Below are positions 1-7,862 of a stretch of DNA of 64,000 nt, piece by piece. Within the stretch, counting starts at the first letter, position 1, and every line of letters begins with the position of its first letter. This DNA comes from Thermomicrobiales bacterium. Its GTDB lineage: Bacteria; Chloroflexota; Chloroflexia; Thermomicrobiales; UBA6265. A program made the position numbers and the translations under genes. The stretch spans positions 9,929-73,928 of the forward strand of contig JAUJOZ010000019.1 of the NCBI GenBank assembly GCA_030447415.1, read 5' to 3'. Under the pieces are notes generated by a model that did not search any database, was not told the origin of the DNA, and was given only the letters and a program-made list of their open reading frames with translations.

Positions 1-637
1 TCTGAGCCGTCGTGCTGATGCGGTAGCGCTCGCCAGAATACCGGTCGACCCACGGCAGCCGCTCCACTGCCTTGGATCGGCCTCGTAGGGTGCGACCAGC
101 TGGAACCGCGCGGGGTCGGCGCCGTCGGGGTGGCCGAAGCGGGCGGACGTGGGCGGCGAGCCGGCCGAGTTGAACGGCTTGACCTGCGCGGCGTAGAGCT
201 TGCTGTCGTTGAGCCCGGCGAAAGGGCGCAGCAGGTCCGGCCCGCTGACCGTGATTCGTGAAAGCGCCGGAGGGTCGAGCCAGGAGGGCCAGGCGTGGTC
301 TTGGAAGCCGAGCGCCTCCCGGATGATCCACTCCCAGTGCTGTCGCATCCAGTCGCTGCGCAGCCCCGTCCTGGCCACCGGCCGCGCGGGGATCCCGCCC
401 CCCGCCACGCCTCATCCGCCCGCGGGAGCGATCCCCGAAGACCGCATCTCCCCGGAATTCCCGCACGTCACCGCAGGCCGGGGAGGCGATGACGGCGCGG
501 CGGGTGTCGAGGTAGGCGCGGAAGGTGGCCACCGCCGGGTCGAGGACCAGCCCGCCGTCGGCGGACAGCCGCCCGAGGACCGCCCCGTGCGGGACGGGGC
601 AGATCGGGTTGCGGCAGCGCCACAGCGAGCGACTCAC
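1..637 (-). pseudogene. hypothetical element/phage-like protein, runs off the left edge, apparent frameshifts
   Basis: GTG at 637 overlaps the TGA of the upstream small ORF (GTGA). The N-terminal part (LWRCRNPICPVPHGAVLGRLSADGGLVLDP...) is in one frame. The high-GC3 frame switches after the C6 run at 398-403 (...SDWMRQHWEWIIREALGFQDHAWPSWLDPP...FQLVAPYEADPRQW) and back again near ~55 (...ERLPWVDRYSGERYRI). No family recognised. Confidence 0.3.
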
Positions 638-813
638 GGGGCGGTCCCCGGCGGGAACGGATCGGGTGTGCCCACATGGGCGGCCGGGCCGCCGTTGGAG
701 GACGGCAGCGGACCACGGCAGCGTGGACAGAGGCGCCAGGGGCCGAACCGAATCGCCGGGCGGTCGGGGGTGATGGGCGCGCCGCAGCGGCGGCAGCGGA
801 CCGGGCAGCTCAT
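634..813 (-). CDS. 59-aa zinc-ribbon-like small protein (below the ORF-track size cutoff)
   Basis: MSCPVRCRRCGAPITPDRPAIRFGPWRLCPRCRGPL... has two CxxC pairs (C7/C10, C29/C32). Its ATG overlaps the TGA of ORF 810..1202 (ATGA), and its TGA overlaps the next GTG (GTGA). Confidence 0.4.
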   Translation of the reverse strand: MSCPVRCRRCGAPITPDRPAIRFGPWRLCPRCRGPLPSSNGGPAAHVGTPDPFPPGTAP

Positions 814-1202
814 CGGCTGTCCCCCTCAGGCACGCTGGCGCGCCGTGGCGAGATGATCTCGCACGGCTCCCCCTCCTTGTGGCGCTCGCACGGACCGACG
901 CGAGCGCAAATCCGCGGCCCCAGGCACGTCCGCGGCGGGAGGTAGAAGACCGGGGCCGAACTCGCCGGCACCCGGTCGTCCCACCACACCCCGTCGCCGC
1001 TGACCCTTTCATCGCTTTCATCGCTTTGTTCGCACGAAGCGGCTTGCTCAGCCGGCGCGCTGCTGCCGGAGTCAGGCTGCGATGAAAGCGATGAAAGGTC
1101 GGGGCGGCGCAAACGTCCGTCGCTTTCATCGCATCGCGCGCCGGCCACCCCAGCCCGCTCGGCTAGGAACCGGCGCGCCTGCTCGGCGTAGCTCGACGTC
1201 AT
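810..1202 (-). CDS. hypothetical 130-aa protein of the mobile element
   Basis: ATG-initiated ORF with high GC3 at the 5' end, translationally coupled to the downstream zinc-ribbon ORF. Six of the nine 9-bp repeats lie inside it, so part of the frame could be fortuitous. Confidence 0.35.
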   Translation of the reverse strand: MTSSYAEQARRFLAERAGVAGARCDESDGRLRRPDLSSLSSQPDSGSSAPAEQAASCEQSDESDERVSGDGVWWDDRVPASSAPVFYLPPRTCLGPRICARVGPCERHKEGEPCEIISPRRASVPEGDSR

Positions 1203-1262
1203 TGGCCCCTCCGTCCTCGTTCATCTGCACAGATGCGAACAAAGCGAACAAAGCGATGAAAG
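1006..1262. repeat. array of nine 9-bp iteron-like repeats, CGA(T/A)(G/C)AAAG
   Basis: Copies: bottom-strand tandem triplet 1006-1014, 1015-1023, 1024-1032; top-strand pair 1080-1088, 1089-1097; bottom-strand single 1123-1131; top-strand tandem triplet 1236-1244, 1245-1253, 1254-1262. The motif is AT-rich in a GC-rich context. The right triplet sits in the gap between the primase/helicase stop (1273) and the next ORF start (1202). Confidence 0.9.
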
Positions 1263-1272
1263 TCCGCGCTCC

Positions 1273-3603
1273 TCAGGTCGCCGCCCACATCGTGCGGGGC
1301 CGCCCGCCGGTTGCCTCGCTCCAAGTCCGGGCCTTCCCCGCCGCCAGTAGCGCCGCCAGTGCCCGATCGAGCTGCGGTCCCTTGGCGTGCCGCCCGAACA
1401 GCTCATTGAGCTGCGTGCGGTCGAGCGGGCCGCCGCCCCGCAGCGCCATCAGGATCCGGTCGGCGACCGGGTCGCCCAGCGCGTCGCCGAAGACGAAGCG
1501 GGCCGAGGGCGCGCAGTAGTCCCAGAGTGCGAGGGCACCCACCAAGTGCTCGGCCGTGATGACGGGCGACCCATCGAGCAGGGCGTAAAGCAGCGACAGG
1601 CGCAGCACGTGCGCCTCCGCTCGGTCCGTCATCGCCCCCCACAACCCTGTCCCCGCTGCCGACAGCGCGGGATACACCTCCGCCCACAGCGCCGTCGCTT
1701 CATCGTCTCGGCGGACCTCGCTAACCTTCCGTGCCGCGGCGAGGGCCGCCCGGGTCGCCCGGATCAGCTCCTCCCGGTCGGCGTCGGGGAGGCGTCCGCC
1801 CTCGGGCAGCAGCTTGGAGCGCTTGACGCAGATCCATAGGAAGCGGTTGCCAAAGCCGTTGGCGGCGTCGGTGCTGTCGAGGACGCGCAGCAGCTCGGCC
1901 CGCGTCACGTGGGCCAGCACGCCGACGTGCGGAGTGACGCAGCGAGCCGGACTGTTCTTGGTCAGGTTCCCCAGCGGCTTGCCGTCCCAGGCCCGGCGCA
2001 GCGTCTCGGAGAGGGTGTTGCCCTCCCGCGTGGCCACCTTGCAGACCGCCGTGAACTCCTCCTCGACGACCAGTAGCCGCTTGTCGGCCACGCCGGGATC
2101 GTCGATCTCGACTGCGCCCTTCTTAACCTTCTCGATCGGGTCGCGGATCGCCCAGACCAGCCCCTCTCCGCTCGAGAGGCCGCCCTGCACGCGCGACTGC
2201 CAGCCCGGGTCGGCGGCGCCGACGATGGCCAGCGGCCCGTCATGGGAGGTTCCCTTGCGCCCCTTGGAGGTGGCCCCAACCAGGACAGCGAACTCGTTCG
2301 CGTAATGCCGCCGCTCGCCGACCCGGGCGTGGGGGCTCAGGCCCACGGCGCTCCCGACCATCAGCAGGTAGTTGGTCAGAGTGGCGGCGGGATCGCCCTC
2401 AGTGTGCGGGTCGAGGGCGCGGACCACCTCGCCGGCGAGGCCGTAGAGGGCGGCGGGGTCGAGGCTTGGCCAGGGCGGTGCCGCTGACTGCGGCGTCGCC
2501 GTCCGCCCCGCTGGGGCCCCGCCGCCCGCCGCGATCAGCGGATCGGCCTCGCCCGGCACCCCGAAGCCTAGCTCCGCGCGCACGTCCTCCCACCCCTTGC
2601 CGGCGCAACGGTCGTGGTGGCAGCGGTAGGCGAGCGCTCCGGACGGGAAGACGAGGACCGCCGCCCCGTCGACGTGGTCGGGGCTGGTCAGGCAGCGGTC
2701 GAGCGCGAAGATGGTCGCCCACGTCTTCGGCTTCTCGGTAAAGCCGATCCCTCGGCCGCGGAGCCGCTCGCGAATCTCCGCGCCGGACCCGTTCGCGCCG
2801 CCTGGGGGGACGGGCGGGACGGGCGCCGGGACTAGCGCGGCGACGGCCGCCAGGTGCGCGGACGAGACGGCCCGGGGGTGGGGGTTGACGCGGCCGGTCG
2901 CGAGGCGCCAAGGCCGGTCGGGGAGGTCGTCGCCCTTGGCCGCCACCGTGCCGAGTGCCTTGGTCAGCCGTGCGGCGTTGGAGGTGGCGGCGTCCACCTT
3001 GACCCGGTCGGTGGAAAACAGGGTGGCGAGCGCCCCGAGGACGCGGCGGAGCAGATCGCGGTGTTCGGGGTCGTTCGGCAGGTCAAGGCGGTAGAGCAGG
3101 GCGCCGCCGTTGCCCGACTCGACCACGGCGACCGCGTGCGGCCAGCCGGCCGCGTCGCGGAGGTAGTGCCGGACGGCGTCGCGGACGGCGAGCGCGTCGT
3201 GCCGCTCCTCGTCGGTGGCGGAGATGCCGGATGGACGGACCGGGTCGACGTCGACCAGGAGGCGGCGCAGCCGGAGCACGTCGGCATCGGCGCTGGTGGG
3301 CGGTCGGCCAGCGACGAGACGGTTGGCGGCGCGGGCCAGCAGCGCGGGCGCGACCGGGTTGAGGGTGAGGTAGACGCCCTCGGCGTCGAGGCCGGTAATC
3401 CCCACCACCGCGGTCACGAAGGCGGCGGGATCGTCGAAGTAGCCGCTGGCGACCCCCCAGAACCGGGCCGGGCCCCGGCGCGTCCTCGGGACGCGGACCT
3501 CATGGACGGCGCCCGGCTCGACCAGCGCGTCCCAGCCCGCGCGGAGCAGCGCGGGGTCGGGCCGCAAGGCGGGCACCTCGGCGCCCGCGCTTGCGGCGCT
3601 CAC
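1273..3603 (-). CDS. element replication protein: primase-like N-terminal region plus DUF3987-type P-loop helicase-like C-terminal region
   Basis: 776 aa with a GTG start. N-terminal YLTLNP / VDVDPVRPSGISATDEE primase-polymerase-like motifs. Central CHHDRC cysteine/histidine cluster. C-terminal GATSKGRKGTS P-loop-like segment typical of phage/plasmid primase-helicases. Confidence 0.65.
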   Translation of the reverse strand: MSAASAGAEVPALRPDPALLRAGWDALVEPGAVHEVRVPRTRRGPARFWGVASGYFDDPAAFVTAVVGITGLDAEGVYLTLNPVAPALLARAANRLVAGRPPTSADADVLRLRRLLVDVDPVRPSGISATDEERHDALAVRDAVRHYLRDAAGWPHAVAVVESGNGGALLYRLDLPNDPEHRDLLRRVLGALATLFSTDRVKVDAATSNAARLTKALGTVAAKGDDLPDRPWRLATGRVNPHPRAVSSAHLAAVAALVPAPVPPVPPGGANGSGAEIRERLRGRGIGFTEKPKTWATIFALDRCLTSPDHVDGAAVLVFPSGALAYRCHHDRCAGKGWEDVRAELGFGVPGEADPLIAAGGGAPAGRTATPQSAAPPWPSLDPAALYGLAGEVVRALDPHTEGDPAATLTNYLLMVGSAVGLSPHARVGERRHYANEFAVLVGATSKGRKGTSHDGPLAIVGAADPGWQSRVQGGLSSGEGLVWAIRDPIEKVKKGAVEIDDPGVADKRLLVVEEEFTAVCKVATREGNTLSETLRRAWDGKPLGNLTKNSPARCVTPHVGVLAHVTRAELLRVLDSTDAANGFGNRFLWICVKRSKLLPEGGRLPDADREELIRATRAALAAARKVSEVRRDDEATALWAEVYPALSAAGTGLWGAMTDRAEAHVLRLSLLYALLDGSPVITAEHLVGALALWDYCAPSARFVFGDALGDPVADRILMALRGGGPLDRTQLNELFGRHAKGPQLDRALAALLAAGKARTWSEATGGRPRTMWAAT

Positions 3604-3830
3604 GCCGTCTCCGGCGGTCGGCCGTCGACGCCTCGGACCCGATCCTTCCCCTCGCCGGAGCTCGACTCGTCGGTGCCCCGTCCCGGCGGGGGCGGGGCGA
3701 GCAGGATCCGCCAGAGCGCGTCCCAGGCCGCCCGCCGCGCCGGGAGCGGCAACCGGTCCGACGACGGCACGGATGCTGCCGGCTCAGGCCGTGTCACTGC
3801 ACGTCGCGTCTCGGTGCGCCGGCTCGCCAA
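3600..3830 (-). CDS. possible small coupled ORF upstream of the primase/helicase (true start probably internal)
   Basis: High GC3. Its TGA overlaps the GTG start of the primase/helicase (GTGA). Its 5' part overlaps the Xis-like gene. No family recognised. Confidence 0.2.
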   Translation of the reverse strand: MASRRTETRRAVTRPEPAASVPSSDRLPLPARRAAWDALWRILLAPPPPGRGTDESSSGEGKDRVRGVDGRPPETA

Positions 3831-4005
3831 CGAGTACCCGATCCAGCGCCAGACGGGAGACCACTAGCCGTCGCCCGAGGCGGATGGTTGGCGCCGGCAG
3901 GCGGTTGGCCTTAGCCAGCTCGTAGGCGAGCGTGCGCGAGATGCCTAGGCGCGCCGCCACCTCCTCAACCGTCAAGGTATGGGATTCCGCGTGCTCCGTC
4001 CGCAT
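3784..4005 (-). CDS. excisionase-type helix-turn-helix DNA-binding protein
   Basis: 73 aa. LTVEEVAARLGISRTLAYELAKANRLPAPTIRLGRRLVV matches the MerR/Xis-type HTH_17 pattern (short protein, HTH followed by an R-L-G-R-R-x-V wing). Confidence 0.65.
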   Translation of the reverse strand: MRTEHAESHTLTVEEVAARLGISRTLAYELAKANRLPAPTIRLGRRLVVSRLALDRVLVGEPAHRDATCSDTA

Positions 4006-4122
4006 GCTGCCCTCCGTGGGTGGATGCCGCGCTTCCGTGCGCGGTCCGACGATAGGAGGATAGGCAGCGCGGACGCCGAGCGAAACCCAAGAATGACCCG
4101 AGGGCCATTGGTGCTTACACGA

Positions 4123-5103
4123 TTAGGCCGCGTCCCTTCGTTGCGCGAGCAGCAGGCGGCCTTCGGCAATGTACTGCCGCGCCGTCTCGGACCGCGGTTT
4201 GGCGTGGGCCGGGTACTGAACCTTCCACCCGAAGCGCTTGGCGATCCGCTCGTGCGACCAGCCGTCCTCGTCGTACCAGATGGCACACTGCAGGCAGGTC
4301 AGGCGGTCGCGCCGGGGCTTGGTGGCACGCGGACGCTCGGGCAACGCCTCGGCCATGAGCTTGAAGGCGTTGCGGACGTCGTCCTCGGTGGTGCGGGTGT
4401 CGACGGCGATGTACGGTCGTAGTCTGGTCGCGGAGTCGTCCTCGTCGTTCTCGTCGTTCTCGTCGTCAGGACCCTGCCAGTACTCGAGGTGGTACGCCAA
4501 CTCCCGGACGTCGATGCCGAGCGGCGCCAACCGGCAGTGTAGTGCGTCGATGACGCGCTCGTGGGATCGGCGTTGGGCGGCGAGCACGGCCTCGGCGTCG
4601 GCCACGAAGCGGATTGGCGCGGCCAGCATCTGGGGCGCACCGTCCTCGTCGGCCCAGGGGTTGAGCGGGTTGAGGAAGTCACCGTAGGCGGCGACGCCGT
4701 GGTCGGCGAAGCGAAGAAGGTCGTCGGGGGGCGGGTCGAAGAGGACGCAGGCCGACAGGAAGCCCATCCAAAACTCTAGCGAGGAGGAGAACGGCGTCTC
4801 AACCCGGTGCTCGGGCGGGATCACCGCGTCGTGGAGCACGTGGAGGAGAACCATCCACTCCGCGGCGGCTTGGCGCTGCTCCGGCTGCCATGCCCAGTCC
4901 CTGGCCTTGACATCTAGGGGGAAGTGCACCTTTCCCGGATCCAAGGGCGACGGCATCCGCGCCTCGGCGACGATGTTTCGCAGCGTGCGGATCCAGCCCA
5001 CCTCTTCCCAGAAGGGGCCGTGTCGGGTGAACAGGCCAAGGGTCAGTTCGCGCCGGAACGTCTGCAGCCGGCGCTCGGCGGACGACTCGAGCAATTTGCC
5101 CAT
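4123..5103 (-). CDS. hypothetical protein with a C-terminal sigma-70 region-4/LuxR-like HTH
   Basis: 326 aa. Contains an acidic DDENDENDEDD linker, then LTCLQCAIWYDEDGWSHERIAKRFGW...ARQYIAEGRLLL. No family recognised for the N-terminal 230 aa. Confidence 0.5.
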   Translation of the reverse strand: MGKLLESSAERRLQTFRRELTLGLFTRHGPFWEEVGWIRTLRNIVAEARMPSPLDPGKVHFPLDVKARDWAWQPEQRQAAAEWMVLLHVLHDAVIPPEHRVETPFSSSLEFWMGFLSACVLFDPPPDDLLRFADHGVAAYGDFLNPLNPWADEDGAPQMLAAPIRFVADAEAVLAAQRRSHERVIDALHCRLAPLGIDVRELAYHLEYWQGPDDENDENDEDDSATRLRPYIAVDTRTTEDDVRNAFKLMAEALPERPRATKPRRDRLTCLQCAIWYDEDGWSHERIAKRFGWKVQYPAHAKPRSETARQYIAEGRLLLAQRRDAA

Positions 5104-5158
5104 ACGCCCCCCCGTCCCGTCGCACCCCGTGCGCTCCCGACGGTGGTGTGCTGTCTAA

Positions 5159-5180
5159 TACTAGAATATACGTTCTAGTA
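5159..5180. promoter_or_regulatory. candidate operator palindrome TACTAGAA-N6-TTCTAGTA
   Basis: Perfect 8-bp inverted repeat in the AT-rich divergent region between 4123..5103(-) and the XRE gene(+). A second small palindrome, GATAC-ATTC-GTATC, lies at 5399-5412. Confidence 0.35.
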
Positions 5181-5459
5181 CGGTCAACGGCCCAGGTGAT
5201 CGGCACGCGTGGCGGGTCGACGAGGCAAGGCCAAGGTAGAACCGGGCCACCAGTTCCTGGATTTGGAAAGATGGCGACGGTCTGCTCGCACACTTGGTCG
5301 CCGGCACAAGGTGACGGCGGACCCCGCCATGCCCTCACCGGCATGGCGGGCAAGACATAGGCTCGCCCGTGCCGTATTGGTGGATGTACTCTTTTTGTGA
5401 TACATTCGTATCCCTATCCCGGCGTAGGACCGGGAGGTGGACGGAATATCGGGAGGGCG

Positions 5460-5693
5460 ATGATGCCAATACGGTCGCTCGGTCAGGTGCGGCGTGAACG
5501 CCTGCTGACGATCCGCGGCCTCGCGGCGGTGGCCAACTGCGCGCCCCGAACGATCCAGGAGATCGAGCGGGGCGCGCGGACCCCGCAGCCGGGAACGATC
5601 AGGCGCCTCGCGGCCGCGCTCGAGGTCGATCCGGCGCAGGTGCGGGAGTTCCGGGCGGTGATGGGCCTCCCAGTCGAGGAGGACGAGCGATGA
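5460..5693 (+). CDS. XRE-family helix-turn-helix transcriptional regulator
   Basis: LGQVRRERLLTIRGLAAVANCAPRTIQEIERGARTPQPGTIRRLAAAL is a classic HTH_3 pattern. GGGAGG lies upstream of the ATG pair 5460/5463. Its stop overlaps the recombinase start (ATGATGA). Confidence 0.7.
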   Translation: MMPIRSLGQVRRERLLTIRGLAAVANCAPRTIQEIERGARTPQPGTIRRLAAALEVDPAQVREFRAVMGLPVEEDER

Positions 5694-7228
5694 TGAGCAA
5701 TGATCGCCCGTGCGCAATCTACGTTCGCGTATCGAGCGCCCACCAACAGGACGGGGGCACCAGCCTTGAAACCCAGGAGGCGAGGTGCCGTGAGTACGCC
5801 GCCGAGCGCGGGTACGCGGTCGTCGAGTCGCGCGTCTACCGGGAGGTCTACACCGGCGCCGAATGGCGGGAGCGGCCGAGGCTCACCGAACTCCGGGCCG
5901 CCGGCAAGCGGGGCGAGGTCACTGTGGTGGTCGCCTACGCCGTCGATCGGCTCTCGCGGAAGCAGGCCCACCTCGCGATCGTCGCGGACGAACTGGAGCA
6001 GGCGGGGGTAAGGCTGGAGTTCGTCACGGAGCGATTCGAGGAGACGGCCGTCGGCGAGTTCATCCGCAATGCCAAGGCGTTCGCAGCCGAGATCGAGCGC
6101 GAGAAGATCGGCGAGAGGACGGTGCGGGGCCGCATTGAGCGGGTGAAGGCCGGGAAACTGATTCCCGGCGGCAAGCCGCTGTACGGGTATCGCTGGAAGG
6201 ACGAAACCAAGGGTGCCCTCGTCATCGACGAGCCGACGGCGACAGTGGTGCGCCGCGCGTTCGCCGAGGCGGCGGGGGGTAAAGGGCTGCGCCAGATCGC
6301 AGCCGACCTTACCCATGACGGCATCCCGACCCCAACCGGGCATTCCCGACGGTGGCAATCCTCGACCATCCAGCAGCTGCTGCACAAGCCTCCCTACATC
6401 GGCCAAGCCTATGGTTGGGGGTGGCGCAGAGGCGGCGTGACACCCCAGAGGTTCGACCCGACAAAGGCTATTTCCCTTCCCGAGGGAACCGTCCCCCCAT
6501 TGGTGGATGCCGGGACATGGGAGGCGGTGCAGGCGGTCCTCGCCCGCAACAAGGCGCGGTCCGTCCGCAGCGCGAAGGACCCAGAGGCCGCGCTACTGCG
6601 GGGTGGCTTCGTGACGTGCGGCTACTGCGGGCACGTCATGCGTGCCCGTCGAGCGCATGGCGTGGCTGAGTATGTCTGCAATCAGCCGTCACACCTCGCC
6701 GGCTCCTGCCGGCGTCACAGCATCCGGGCGCACATCCTCGACGCCGACGTGTGGGGACGAGCGACGACGATCCTCACCGAACCGGGGACTGTGGCACGCG
6801 AGGTCGAACGGCTGCGGACGGACGACCCCACCGCCGACGACCGCGCGGCGGTCGACCGGGCGCTGGCCGAGGTCGAGCGCCAGCGGGCCAACCTGGCGCG
6901 GGCGGTGGCACTCGTGGACGCCGCCGATGCAGCCGCTCCCTTGGTGGCCGAGTTGACCGCGCTCGGCGAGCGGAGAAACCAGCTCGCTTCCGAACGCGAG
7001 GGTATCCTGCGACGTCGTGAGTCCTGGGCAGCCGCGCAGGCGAACCTCGAGGGCTTAGAGGGGTGGTGCCGGACGGTGGCGGGCAACGTCGCCGAGCTGA
7101 CCTATCAGCAGAAGCGGATGGCCCTCGACGCTCTTGGCTTTGGCGTGGTGCTTTACGGTAAGGATCACGATCCGCGCTACGTCATCACGGCCGATCTTCG
7201 GCCCGTACTTGTGACCACTACTACTTGA
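5690..7228 (+). CDS. large serine recombinase (integrase)
   Basis: 512 aa. N-terminal resolvase domain with CAIYVRVSSAHQ (catalytic Ser) and YAVDRLSR. Recombinase domain (GGKPLYGYRW). Cys-rich zinc ribbon (CGYCGHVM...YVCNQ...CRRHS). Coiled-coil C-terminal region. Confidence 0.9.
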   Translation: MMSNDRPCAIYVRVSSAHQQDGGTSLETQEARCREYAAERGYAVVESRVYREVYTGAEWRERPRLTELRAAGKRGEVTVVVAYAVDRLSRKQAHLAIVADELEQAGVRLEFVTERFEETAVGEFIRNAKAFAAEIEREKIGERTVRGRIERVKAGKLIPGGKPLYGYRWKDETKGALVIDEPTATVVRRAFAEAAGGKGLRQIAADLTHDGIPTPTGHSRRWQSSTIQQLLHKPPYIGQAYGWGWRRGGVTPQRFDPTKAISLPEGTVPPLVDAGTWEAVQAVLARNKARSVRSAKDPEAALLRGGFVTCGYCGHVMRARRAHGVAEYVCNQPSHLAGSCRRHSIRAHILDADVWGRATTILTEPGTVAREVERLRTDDPTADDRAAVDRALAEVERQRANLARAVALVDAADAAAPLVAELTALGERRNQLASEREGILRRRESWAAAQANLEGLEGWCRTVAGNVAELTYQQKRMALDALGFGVVLYGKDHDPRYVITADLRPVLVTTTT

Positions 7229-7859
7229 GGGTACCACCGGATCGCGGGGCTGCTGTAGCCCTTGTCCCCGGCCACGCGGTCCGGTCGGATGCGGGGCCGT
7301 CCTCGGCTCGGCCGCTTGACCGCGCCGCGCTCCATCAGGGCCGGCAGGACCGGCTGCTCGTGCCGCTGGCCCTCGGTCAGGAGCAACACCACCGGTTTGC
7401 CGCCCCGCCCGCAGCGCAGGTGGATCTTGGTGCTGTAGCCGCCGCGGCTCCGGCCGAGCGCCTCGGTTGCCGGGTCCCCCTTTTGCCCCCGCCGCGTGCT
7501 GGTGCGCCCGGACGACCGTGCTGTCGACGAAGTGCAGCGTCCAGTCGAGCCGACCTTCGGCATCGGCCCGCCGCCGGAGGCGGCCAAGACGGTCCCAGAC
7601 CCCGGCCGTCTGCCAGCGGTAGAACCGGCTGGAGACCGTCTTCCAGGAGCCGGAGCGCTCGGGCAGGGCGCGCCACGGGCTGCCGGTCGAAGCACCCAGA
7701 GGATGCCGTCGAGCACGATCCGGTGGTCCTTGGCGGGGCGGCCGGTGCGGGGCTTCTGCGGCGGCAGATGCGGGCGTAGCCGCTCCCACTGTCTGTCCGT
7801 CAGGTCGCTCTTGTCCATGCGCCATAGGGTAGACCGCAACTCAGTTTGCGGACACACCC
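7229..7859 (-). mobile_element. IS5-family (IS427-like) element, 3'-truncated, transposase frame-disrupted
   Basis: The transposase starts at 7818 (MDKSDLTDRQWERLRPHLPP...GILWVLR). A frame change leads into TGSPWRALPE...VRAHQHAAGAKGG, then the usual orfA/orfB shift into ALGRSRGGYSTKIHL...DKGYSSPAIRWY. The sequence stops abruptly 1 nt after the recombinase stop. The terminal repeat GGGTGTGTCCGCAAAC ends at 7859. Confidence 0.8.
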
Positions 7860-7862
7860 TAA

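Noticed and set aside
200-856. Long ORFs such as 200..856(+), 7177..9111(-, 644 aa), 24847..26016(-), 50042..51130(+), 59091..60470(+) and 62625..63773(-).
   Set aside because: They are Arg/Pro/Gly-rich shadow ORFs, antisense or out of frame to genes with clear family motifs. This is typical of stop-poor high-GC DNA.
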